64,000 nucleotides of DNA. It comes from Flaccisagitta enflata. Taxonomy: Eukaryota. The DNA is taken from NCBI GenBank assembly GCA_965153355.1, contig OZ231126.1:15810001-15874000 (forward strand), read 5' to 3'. Positions 10,601 to 23,466 of this stretch are shown piece after piece. The notes beneath the pieces were generated by a model. That model was not told where the DNA came from and did no database searches. It saw nothing but the letters and a program-made list of their open reading frames with translations. Both the position numbers and the translations under genes were made by a program. Position 1 is the stretch's first letter, and every line of letters begins with the position of its first letter.

Positions 10601-13600
10601 AGTTCTTTTTAGTCGCGGACACGCGACTCTACACCTTGCGGTGTCGGTCGGTTGGTCCGTCGGTCCGTCCGTCACATTTTTGAATTCTGGGCGGTTTTCG
10701 CTATACTGCTCCTGCCCAACCGTCCGCGACTGTCCTGCCGTGTATCCGGCCTTGTTTCAAAACCATGATCGAGATGAACCAGAACAAAAACTTAGTGCTG
10801 GGACCTTTAAGTTATGGCTGCATATTGCTTGAGGAAAAATTATGGGAAAAAGTTTAGGACCAAGTTCAAAGAGTAACAAGCAAGCGGGTGCATGGTCGAA
10901 CCTGTGTTTCATCGTTTCCGCCACCAACTTCTGTTGAGCCGGAACCATTTTGGGGGTGACGAATTTGTTCATGATGTAGTTCACTATTGGATGCGAAGAC
11001 GTCTGGGTCTTCCTCTTCAACTCGTCCAAATCGGAGATATCCATCGCTGAGATAGTCTACCAATTCGGTTTTTACTTGCTATTATATCGCTTTGGATGCC
11101 ACTATAGTCTATTCTGGCCTGTCTGGCAGAAAAGAAATCAAATTTATTACGTTGATGATGATGATGATGATGATGATGTTTCGTAATAGACAGTGGACGG
11201 AATCAAAAGGAATAGCCCAATCACAGGGAATAGCGCCGTGTAGTTAATGATTGGATCCCAAACTAAGGCTAAAATCTTCTCTTCGTATTTGAATAGCATC
11301 CAAAAGAATGATGAGAGAGGCAAAGAAAGCGCCGCCACGAGCGTGGAAAACACCGAGCCTGTGCCGATGGAAGTTTTGACACAGCTAGTTAATTACAATC
11401 CACATTACTGTTTATCTCCTACTTAAAAGCATCGTTGGAGAAGAAAACTAAACAATACACAGAACAAAAAAATTCAAAAAATGGACAACTCACCCTCTGA
11501 AACCGCCATTAGACAAATCAAGAAGACATCGTTGCCAGCGTATGCAAACGTATTGAGAACGAAAATCACTGGAACTTTTTCGCAGCCACGGGCCGAGTCA
11601 TCCATAATTCCAAAATGACACTCCAGCGCCTTGTTGAGCTTTGAAAAAAAGTCGACAAATGACGAGGCTTGTCCGAATCCTGGAATAACGTCCGCCCAGA
11701 ACAACAGCAGGACCCAGAGGAAGCCGAATAATTGGGTCCAGAAGTAAAACAATAACAGCTCTTTTGTACGACGCTGAGCACCTGGAAAAGACGGAAAGTT
11801 CTACACTTTATTTTGAGTAAGGACAAAGTTTATAAGGACATTGAGGCTGAAATTTTGCCAAAAATTAAGAACATTTTAAGGATAAAGCCCAGCTTCAGTT
11901 TGTAAAAAAAAATTTGATTCAAAATTTAGATTGTTCTATGCAACTTTAAAAAAAAAATAACCATGTTCATAGGAAATAATAGCATTCATTTTTGCTCAAT
12001 AATATAATAATTTAGTAAGAACAACTACAAAGCAATTATTGTCACATCTAACTTGTATTTACTTATATTGAACATCAGTTATTTCAATGCATAAAATATG
12101 ATTAAAAGAAAATCATAGGAAATTATTAAGAACATGCTAAGGACATTTCAGCCTAAAATTTGCAAAAATCTAAGGACATCCCAGCCTCAGAAAAAATTAA
12201 CTGGTCCTTATTAAAAATAAAGAGTGTATGTCATTTTAGTTTGACTCGAAGCAGCCTGATCAATGATCATATTAATCGTAAAAGTTAAGATCGTGCAAAT
12301 TTTCCCAAAAATAGAATAGAGTAAATTTACATGTTAGAATCTTATAAATTTTCCTTACTGGTTTCATATATAACGTAATTTATGGCGACCGGTATTTGGG
12401 CTAGAATCATTAGTGTGGGCCACAAAAATGGTTGACTGATTTGTGGCGGCGCATCGTGTATTGTCATGTTGACATCGACGCTGCTGTTGGTGTCGTCATC
12501 TCTTAGCTTGAGAGAAAAGATTGTGGGAGCAGCAGAAATGAAGATTCCCATTATGACGACGCCGCAACAGATGACCTGTTTGAGGATTGGGATTTGGTAT
12601 ATGAGCCAACAAAGGCCGCTTCAAGAACAATAACTTGTGCACTTGATTAAGGAGTCATTAAAACTACCTGACGTATAGAGAGTGCCTTCTTCAGGATAAG
12701 GAATCTTGTGAATGCCGTAATGGGGATTATGGCTGTGTTGAGCAGCGGATAGAGGTATGAAGGCACGCGCGTCGGAAGCGTCGCTAGGACGACAATGATA
12801 TTTTGGACGGTGCTGAGAAATCCACAAAGGAACAGGGTCTTCCACGGCGTGTTGCACACGAAGTACAAGGATTCGCGAAGAACGATCAATTGTTGAGCTG
12901 TGTTGAAGAAGAAGTGGTCAAATTCATCGTCACTGCAGACGCCAGTTTATGACATACGTGTTTACTGGGACGTTCGTGGAAAAAAGTAGTCGCCCACTTG
13001 ACCTGATCGAGAGAGCGGCATTTCATAGGCAATGCAATATTTACATCCGCACTAACCTATCCACGCCAGTGCGAGCAGAACTGGACAGAAGAATCCCGAT
13101 ATGATGAGCAAGTTATAAATGTCGCTAACATCCGTCATCACTGTAGTGTAGATCGGGGTTGATGCGTAAAGTCCGATGCTCGAAAGAAGATTGGCAAGAA
13201 CGAAGGTCATTTTGAGAAGGGCACCTCGGTATTTTGAAGAAATGTTTGCCGGCACTGTTTGCGTGATTATCTCCTCGGTTTCATTGTCCGATAACATGAG
13301 CGGTTCGCGCTCCTCGCTCTCCATCTTTGGCTAATGATGTTTAACGATTACTTTTCCTACGGGTTCAAAGGGATGATACTATCACAATAGATCAATGGGT
13401 GTTTTTAACTTGTGCGGTTGCAAGAGAACAGCGGAAAAAAATGAAATAAAAGTAAAACAAAACAAACAGAAGCTTTGCAGCATAGGTTTTTCACATCGTA
13501 GGAGGGGACGCTAGTATCTATTGTTTTGGAGCATGGAGTAGAAGGTACAGTTACACACCGCTATACCGGACTCCTGAGTTATGAAAGTTGGCTCAAAACG

Positions 13601-16600
13601 AATAGCGAATTTTGGTTCTTACGTGTCATTTTTCTATTGGCAATATCAGAAATTTCTAACTGATGAATTTTCGCGGGGTTCAACTGTACAATAAGAACGA
13701 TTTGTATGTTTTCAGCGATTTCTTTTTCACAGGCGCTGGCATTTGGTGTTTGGGTCAGGCGGAAGTGGCTTATCAGTTGACGGCCATCGAGTCCTTCGCC
13801 TTTGGTTCTCTCATTTCCGCCGTGGATCCCGTGGCTACGCTCGCCATCTTCTCTGCGCTTGACATGGATCCCGTCCTTAACATGTTGGTCTTTGGAGAGT
13901 CTATTCTCAATGACGCCGTCTCCATCGTCCTCACGTCGTAAGTATTTCAAGACAAAATCGGCAATAGTTTGATCTAATCCTTTTGTGGCCTGACTGACAT
14001 AATTTAAATTAAAGGAAGAAACTTTTGCGGGTCCGTAATTCGTCGCGTTGATCAGTCTATCCGTCCGTCGTTTTTTTTTTTCAAGTTTGTTACTCATACT
14101 CATAGCCGTATCTATATCATTGCTCCTGCCCAAATGACGAAACTGCCTCCAACGTCACTGCCCTCCGCCCCACTTGAACCCATTTCAGATCTATCATAGC
14201 CATGGCTAATGAAAGTAAAGACAGTACGTCTTGGTTTCTCTTTTACGAAGCCGTTTCAAACTTCATCAAAACATTTTTTGCATCGGCAGCAATTGGTGTC
14301 GCCAGTGGCCTTATTTCTGCTTTGGTAGGTTTGGCTTTTTTGCAAGTCGACAGGTTATATTTTGCAATACTAATCGATTAAGGGGCGGTTTTGCCTTGAT
14401 TGTCTGGAGGACAAGAAAAAAGATAAACTGGCTCAGATTAAAACGCCGCAGCACCATCCAGGAATAAAGCGGCTCCGCCACGACTGCTCTGCTTCTATTT
14501 TCTGTGCTGCTTTTCGTTTTTGCTCCGTTAGATTCTCAGTAGTTTATCATGATTACCGTATTTTTTCCATTTAGCGCCCCCCTCCAATTAGCGCCCCCCT
14601 CTTTTTCTCTTGGTGTTACAATTTTCAGAAGAGATTTGGATAGATATTTTGAGTAAGATGACGAAATAACACAACACAATGAACCATTTTCACTGACTTT
14701 CAAACAGATATATGCAATGAGTATCTCCATTTTGAGTCAAATTCAGCATTTTGTTAGCTTTTTATTAAAAAAGTGGTCTGAATGACAGTACATTTACAAT
14801 TCAAAGAGGGCGCTAATTGAAAGGTTTAAAAGCAAATTGATATTTCAATTTCAAAAGCGCCCAGGGCGCTAATTAGAAAAAAATATGGTAAGCGAACTAA
14901 GCTATGGGAATGGGAATATTCTTTGCGCAATGGAATGAAAGCCTTGAATGATTGAGGGAAGAGGAGAATTGAGTAAAATGATAATTGTACGGGTTGAAAT
15001 TGATAAAATCTTAATGAAAGAGAGAAATTGAAGATCTATTTTTGACCTATGTGTATCATTAATCTCTTTTACAGCTACTAAAACATGTTGATCTTCGGAA
15101 AACTCCGTCGCTGGAGTTCAGTATGATGTTAATATTTTGTTACCTTCCCTATTCATTTGCCGAAGGAATACATCTCTCAGGTACACTCTTTTTTTTTTAT
15201 AAGCACGCTCTTTTTTTGGCTGAGGCTGAGCGTGCTTAGCAAAATCTTGTTTTCGAGGCTGAAATGTGCTTAATGGCGTGCTTATCATTTATCGGTAAAT
15301 AATTATCCTATTCAGTATAGATTAATGTACATAGTAGGGTATAGAAAACAGTTCAGCATAAAGTATTGTATAGTATGAAATAAAGTACAGTACAAAATAC
15401 AGTGATGAATGTATTTTGCAAAAAGTATAGTAATTTCTGACGTTGTCCTACTTTTATATAAACTATGGGATGAAATTTGTATCTTGATTTGCTATAAACT
15501 TTTTTTAGATTTTTTTATTATGATATATTTTGATATACTTTGTTGCACACTTCATATTATTCCTTTATTGTGGTTCTTGTTACAGCAATAAATTCGTAAT
15601 AACAATAGTATGTACGTAATGATATCTTAAATATCGTTAAAAATTCAATTATTGATATCAGTATCAAAATCCTGAATGTATTGACAGAATGAAATTATAG
15701 ATGATTTTAATTTCTATCAAAGTTTTCATTGTTTTTTGTGAAATTCCCACCAAAAAAGTTTAAAAATTAACAAATCTTAAGATATTCCCCAAAAAAATTT
15801 TTTGAATCGGAAATCTCAGCCTGGAGCGTGCTTAGCAATGTGCTTAAATTTTCCCAATATCTGAGGCTGGGCGTGCTTATAAACGAGGTGCTTATAAAAA
15901 AAAAAGAGTGTATGTGAATTCGGTCATCTGTCGTTCGCATTTTGGGCTAATATACCCTGATAATACCTTTTCAGTTATCATAATTATCTGCCTTTCGCCC
16001 TTTCCCTTTTCTACATTTATCAGGAATCATGGCTATACTGTTTTGTGGAATCGTCATGTCTCATTACACCCATTTTAACCTTTCTCCCGTGACGCAAATC
16101 ACTGTACAACAAACTTTTCGAACACTCGCTTTTTTGGCGGAAACCGCCGTCTTTGCTTATTTGGGTTTAGCTATCTTTTCTTTCAGTCACGATGTTCGAC
16201 CGGCCTTCGTTGTATGGACAATTGTGAGTAAGATGAAACTGATAGTGATGATCGTTTGTATGTGCTTTAATGGTTTTCTTGCGATCAGGTGTTCAGAGGA
16301 ACGAGCCCAAAACAGGGCAAAAGTCACGGACGGTTGGGCAATGGGCCGGGGCGGTACTATCATACAACAAAACAACAGTACAACACTACAACAGTATTCC
16401 AGACCTTACAATAACCTATAATACTTAAAAAAGAAAGACAGTAATTCAAAAATGTTTTGGACGGATGTACGGACCGAGATGGCAAGGTGTAGAGTCGCGT
16501 GTCCGCGACTTCAAATTGAAAAAAATGAACATTTCAATATGCTTGAATTATGTAAAAAGGAAACTAAGAATACTTTGCTAAAACTACCAACGAAATGGAG

Positions 16601-19600
16601 AAAATATGTTGAATGACTTGAATGTTCAAAGAAATTCCGTGCTCATGGCCAAATTAGCCTCACCACATGCTGTGGTTGAGGAGTATGTTACTATATTGGC
16701 ACTGCAAGCGCCGAATAAAACCAGTAATGAAAACAATGATGAGGAGATTACTCTCAAGGCTGTCCTGCGTCGGATCTCGTCAGTTCCGGTTGGACCGTCG
16801 CCGTCACTTTCTGTATTGATTCTGCGAGCGACGATTTGCGAGGACCTAGACTTCGTATCCCACGGACCAAAAAGTTCTCATCCGGTGGGGAAACTATACA
16901 TAGAGATAGAGGAGACATTTAAACGACTGCCCACGGTCACACCATGGCTTCCTTTCCTACAAATTGCACGGTTGTCCTACTTTTGGCGTCACTGTCGTTC
17001 TCCAATTTGATTCTGCTGCCGGATTCCAGGACATCGGGACGACAGGACATGTCATTACATCCGATCGAATTGAGCTGAGTCCTTCGACAGGCGCCAGATT
17101 TGACGCTGTAGGCTATTACGAGGATGAGCATGAGGAGCACCACGACGCCAATGACGATTCCGCCTGAGTTACAAGGAGATGAACAGGCTCATATAGCGCT
17201 CATGAGTCTTATCCAATCTTATCCAGTAATGAAATGTTTGGTAATAGATTTTTGTATTCTCCATAAAAGATGGAGGATCAGTGCATGTTAAGTTCCTTAA
17301 ATGTGTCATTTCGGGTTTCGTTTGAGTCTTCGAATCGGCAATGTAGTGTGAATACCTAGAATTTCAGACTTGGCAGGTAAAATCAAAAAAGGCTTACTTG
17401 TTACGCCGCTCGCTTTATTGACGTCAATGAATCGTTCATAATGAACGATGACCTGGAGAACCTTGGACTCGTCAGCTAACCCGAAAATCAAGTCGAGTTT
17501 TTTCTCGTTTTCGATGTAGTCGTGTTTTATAGTGATTTTGGAGATGATCTGTTTCAATGAAAAAGACGATTTCAGGGCCGTGCTTTTTGAGCCGTTGGTA
17601 ATTTGACATAGTTTTCCTAACTCCAACGCAATGATTACCTTCAAAGGTTCTTCCGTCGTGTTGATCATAAAGTTTTCGTTGCTTTCAATATCTTCTCCAC
17701 TTTCCAAGCTCCATTTGACGTGGTCAGCCTTTTTCGATGGGTTTGCCTCCAATGTGCAGATCAGCTCGTGGTCACCTCGCGTGTCTGGTGCGTGTCGCAC
17801 GTCGTTGCATGACAAATATGGCCCGTATGTGACGTTGAGAGGGATTGGAGAAAGCATGGTTGTGTTTCTGTGTGGGAAAAGATCGGAGTAGCTTCTTAGT
17901 GGCGTTGCCATGTCACATTCACAATTTTTCCTTTGATTGTACCGAACAACCATTTTCTCGCGGTAGAGAAAACTACCTGTCTTTCCATAGTCATAGATGA
18001 AACCTGAGTAATATCCAAGAAACTGAAATAAGTTTTCAAAACAGCTTTTGGCTATTTGAGTCACCTTTGTTCGCCGAATCTGCTTTGAAGAAGGGCGGAA
18101 CAAAGAACCGTTCGATTGTTCAGCGATTTATCCGCTACAAGCGTCGCATTTTCCAGCTCCTCCTCAGTGTCGGACCATATAAGATGCGTTTCCACGTGAT
18201 CCGGTGGATATGACGAGCAGTTCACAAAGACGACCTCACCCTGATGTTGAAAGAAATATCTCCATTCACATGTTCTTAGAACCCTAAGTTTAAAATGAGA
18301 GGAAAAAGGTTTGATGAAAAGTTACCGCTTTCACTGGATTGGGTTGAAATGAAACGCCAGTGATGATGGGTGGAGGCAGCACCGCTAACGGCGTTGTGAC
18401 AGTGACACTGCTGATGTTGTTTTTAGCGATGCAACTGACGTTGGCATCCCCTTCGCGCACTCGGAAAAGTAGCGTTGAGGAGGTTTCCCATAGTGATATC
18501 ATATTTTTCATGGCGTCGTTGGTAATCCTTGCGTCTGTGACGTTGTTGATCCGCCATTCAATGGAGGGTCGTGGATTTCCTGTTTTCAATATGAAACTTG
18601 TTACTCTAGAGTCTTGGTAGGCTTTGTGTCGGCAAGTTGTCGTGAGAAAGTTTGACCTTTAACTTACCAACTGCTACACAAGTCAAATTCAGAAGGTCTT
18701 CTTCAAAGTGTTTCGCTGTAATGTTTTCGAGCGCATTGGTAAACTCTGGTGCGTAATGGACGATTATTTCCGGCAGATTTGAGCCGCACTCTGGCAATTC
18801 CACGTCCTGACGCCAACCACGCATTGCTAGAAGAAATATATTTAGTTTTATGATAAGTTTGTGAGTGACAATCTATCTGCTTACTGAGTTTATAGGATTA
18901 AGATTCTTACCCGTCATGTTGCAAGAAAAAGATTTCCCATGATCTTCCTTTGCAACTTCGCGAAATATTTGCCTAGTGATTTTATCCTTTTCCGCGACAT
19001 ATCTCTGAAACAAGTATGAAATGACGAATAAAACTAGTGTTAATCGCAGTCCACTACTATGCTAGAGTTTGCTATGCAACCGTTGCTTACTTGATAAATG
19101 ACGGGCTCTTCAATTTGTTCATCAAGGGGAGTCGGTGTTTGTCCCTCGCGCACCCATGAGGCATTCATGAGACTGTTTTCAATTGATTGCGTGTAAGTCC
19201 ATTCTAAACTCGGAATTGCATGGCCTGAAAGCGTCGATAAAGTAATTGGGTTTTCAGTTGTATGGGATTTGTCTCTGCCTTTTGGCCGCGAGTATCACGG
19301 GCTTATTGCCTTGTGGTTTAAAAACTTTTTTTGCTGCACCTGGCGATCCCCATATCGGTATTGAGCAATTGATGTTGAGTTTGTCCTTTCCAGCAACAAA
19401 AACCATCTTGTTTTGGGTGCACCGCAGTTTTCCCAGGATGATCACTTTATGGACGATCTTTACATGTAAATAAAAAAGATATGGGATTCATGATGGTGAT
19501 GATGATTGTCATGATTTTTAAATCTTGGTCAATTTTTCGGCAAGTACACTCATATTTTGAAGTGTTAGACGCCCCTGCCATAACTCAAAATATACATTCT

Positions 19601-20370
19601 TGCATTATGTATGCCATGTAAAATTTGTTTAGAATTGAAATCTTGATATTTTCATGTGGCATTCAAGGAGCAAACCGAAGAAAATGGGTATGGAAAGGGG
19701 TGTCGTCGCATTTTAAAACGCTTCATTGTCTTGAAGTATGTAAACACCCCATCGAAATAATTCTTTGCAAAAAACTCCTTACCGTATTTTTTGTCCCCGA
19801 CGAACAGTTTTCGTCGGTGACTATGAAGTAGCAGTGATGTGTAGTCTGTTGTCTGTCGTCTGTCGTCTGTCTGTTTAAAACCTTCTCATATTTTTGGAAC
19901 CAGACTTCAGAATTTTATGAAACTTTGCTGGTGTTGTTTATAGGTCAATAGGAGCTTGTGTACCAATTTTCAGAAAAATTCTCTAACTTTTACTACCCTT
20001 TGCCTATTATTTTTATGGCAATATTTTACTGGACTTAGGCGATTTATATAGGTAGAGGGTAGTAAACTTATGTGAATTTTTTTTTAATTTGGTATGCAAG
20101 TAAGGGTCACTAAATAATTAGCCCCTGCAAAATTCGAATTAAATCTGAAGTCTGGTTCATGAGATATTAGCTATTTTATGTAGTAATATGTTACTGGGAC
20201 TTAGGCAATTTACATAGGCAAAGGGTAGTAAAGTTAAGTGAATTTTTTTTCTAATTTGGTATACAAGTAAGGGGTAGTAAATAAACAACCCCTGCAAAAT
20301 TCGAATTAAATCTGAAGCCTGGTTTATGAGATATTAGCTTATTTATGTAGTAATATATTACTGTTGTGGG

Positions 20371-20423
<53 letters not shown>

Positions 20424-23397
20424 AGAGAGAGACAGTGTGTGTTTTTTCTTCCCGTGGACTGTTTTAAAAACAGATATTGCTTACATTGCATAAAATAACC
20501 CATGCTATTCCTCTAAAAAAAGGTTTGCCTTGGAGTCCAAGGACCAAGGTTTGCCTTCTTGGACTTCAGTGTTTAATGTTCCAGGTATGCCGTCATGGAC
20601 TTTAAGGTATGCCGTTATGGACTTTAAGGTATGCCGTTATGGACTTTAAGGTATGTCGTCATGAATTTTAAGGTATGCTGTCATGGACTTTAAGGTATGC
20701 TGTCATGGACTTTAAGGTATGCCGTCATGGCCTTTAAGGTATGCCGTCATGGACTTTAAAGTATGCATGGCTTATGCATGCCATCATGGACATCAATTAT
20801 TTTTTCGAAAAAAAAAAATTAAATTTTTTTTTTTTAATTTTTTTTTTTTTAATTTTTTTTTTTTTTTAATTTTTTCAAATTTTTTTTTGAATTTTTTTTT
20901 TTGAAATTTTTATTTTTTTAAAATTTTTTTGAAATTTTTTTGTTGTGTATCTTCTCGAGTCGCGTTTACAGCTTCAAAATTACAGTCCCAGTCGGGGACT
21001 GTAATTTGAAGCTTTCCATTTAGCGCCCTCAGTTTTTTTTTTGACGAACAGTTTTCGTCGGTGACTATGAAGTAGCAGTGATGTGTAGTCTGTCTGTCTG
21101 TCTGTTTGTCTGTTTAAAACCCTTGATATTTTTGGAACCAGACTTCAGAAGTTTATGAAACTTTGCTGGTGTTGTTCATAGGTCAATAGGAGCTTGTGTA
21201 CCAATTTTCAGAAAAATTCACTAACTTTTACTACCCTTTGCCTATTATTCTTATGGTAATATTTTACTGGACTTAGGCAATGTACATAGGCAGAGGGTAG
21301 TAAACTTATGTGAATTTTTTTTTAATTTGTTATACAAGTAAGGGTCACTGAATAAGCAGCCCCTGCAAAATTCGAATTAAATCTGAAGTCTGGTTCATGA
21401 GATATTAGCTAATTTATTTATGTAGTAATATGTTACTGGGACTTAGGCGATTTACATAGGCAGAGGGTAGTAAACTTATGTGAATTTTTTTTTTAATTTG
21501 GTATACAAGTAAAGGATAGTAAATAAACCACCCCTGCAAAATTCGAATTAAATTTGAAGTCTGGTTTAGGAGATATTAGCTTATTATGTAGGTAATATGT
21601 TACTAGGATTCATTTCTTTTACAAAGGCAAAAATGCACAAAATGTTTTTTGGAATGAATTTAAAGTAAATCAAAATAATAACGAGTAGCCAACGGTTTTT
21701 GCATCAAATCAATTGAACACCCCAGCCTGCAGCTTTTTTAAACAGCCTATGTCTATACTGTTGAAAACTACTCGCTATATGACTTTTCTCCGTGATTTAG
21801 AGGTGTCAGATTTTATATTTTGATCATAACTTGATGGTGGTTGTGGTAGAAATGTCAAATTTAGGTCATATTGGCCACTAGATTGGGCCACTTAGCCTTA
21901 GAAATCAAACCTAAAATCCATGAGATTATAAAACTAGAGCTCAAGATCTCACTAGTGGTGCAATCCGCATGTTTCTATCATTTTTTGTTTAGATTTGAGA
22001 GCATTTCAAAGATGAAAGGGTTTGAAGGGAAAATGGCAGCTTCAATTTCAGTGGCAAATTTGACATTTTCCACAAATTTCAATATTTCGCGGCTTTGGAT
22101 GGACCAATCTGCATAAAATTGGTGATCAAATTGAAGAGTTTTTTCTGTTCTAGCTGATGGTAAAAAAAATTTTGATCGATATTCCCCCAAAAAATTTTTA
22201 GAGACTGTAGAAGCAGGTGCAAAAAAGTGGATTTTTTTGCAAATTGGTCAATTTTGGATGAAAAATTAGGCCAATTCCAATTTATAAAAAGACTTAAAAT
22301 CCATGAACAAAATAAAGTACTTCTCAGGAGCTAACCAGTGGTGCAATTGGTGTGTCAGTATGTTTTTGCATTTAGATTTTATAGAACTTCAAAGATCTAA
22401 GGGTATGTCAAAATAACAATTTTTGGGTATTTAAATCTTTGAAGTTCTATAAAATCTAAATGCAAAAATATTGACACTGGTTGCCCCTGGCAGTACTTCA
22501 TTTTGCTCATGGATTCTAAGTCTTTTTGAATTGAAGTGGTAATTTTTCATCCAAATTGACCAATTTGCAAAAATTTTTTTGCACCTGCTTCTTCTAAATT
22601 TTTTGGGGGAATATTGATCAAAATTTTTATACCATCAGCTAGAACAGGAAAAACTCTTCAATTTGATCACCAATTTTATGCAGATTGATTCCAAAGCAAA
22701 AATATTGAAATTTGTGAAAATTTGAAATGAAGCTGCCATTTTCCCTTCAAACCTTTCGTCTTTAAATGCTCTCAAATGATCGATCATGTTGCACCACTTG
22801 TCTAGTTTTATAATCCATGGATTTAGGTTTGATTTCTAAGGCTAAGTGGCCCAATTTGGCGGCCAAAATGACCTAAATTTGACATTTTTACCACAACCAC
22901 CATCAAGTTATGATCAAAATATCAAATCTGGCACCTCTAAATCATGGAGAAAGTCATATAGCGAATAGTTTTCAACAGTATATTAATCTGTTTAAAAGCT
23001 GCAGGCTGGGTGCAACATTTGATGCAAAACCAAATAAACCCCTGCAAAATTCGATTTAAATCTGAAGTCTGGTTTATGAGATATAAACATATTTATGTAG
23101 TAATATATTACTGCTGTGAGAGTGGGTGAATTGTTCATTGAGGAGATTCGCACTTTTCTCATTTACATATTGCGGATGACCATTTATTTGTTCAAAGATT
23201 TTTATGTGATGCATTTATTAGTTAAATATCATTTTACATTCACTCATGTTGTTGTTCAGCTTTATAGCAATTTCATTATTACGATTTAAATGATAAACAA
23301 TTACTAATTTAGTTACTTGTAATTCCCAACGCTGAACTACTTATAGTATTCAGAAGATTTGCTCTGGTCAAAGTTCACCTTCATGGTAAAAAGGTTT

Positions 23398-23466
<69 letters not shown>

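Noticed and set aside
11044-11150. In-frame CRT-OMT fusion protein
   Set aside because: The available donor at 11150 joins the 11047 acceptor out of frame with the OMT, and I found no donor of suitable phase in the last TM exon.
17306-18103. 265-aa single-exon ORF
   Set aside because: It is two Ig-gene exons plus introns that happen to lack stops in that frame.
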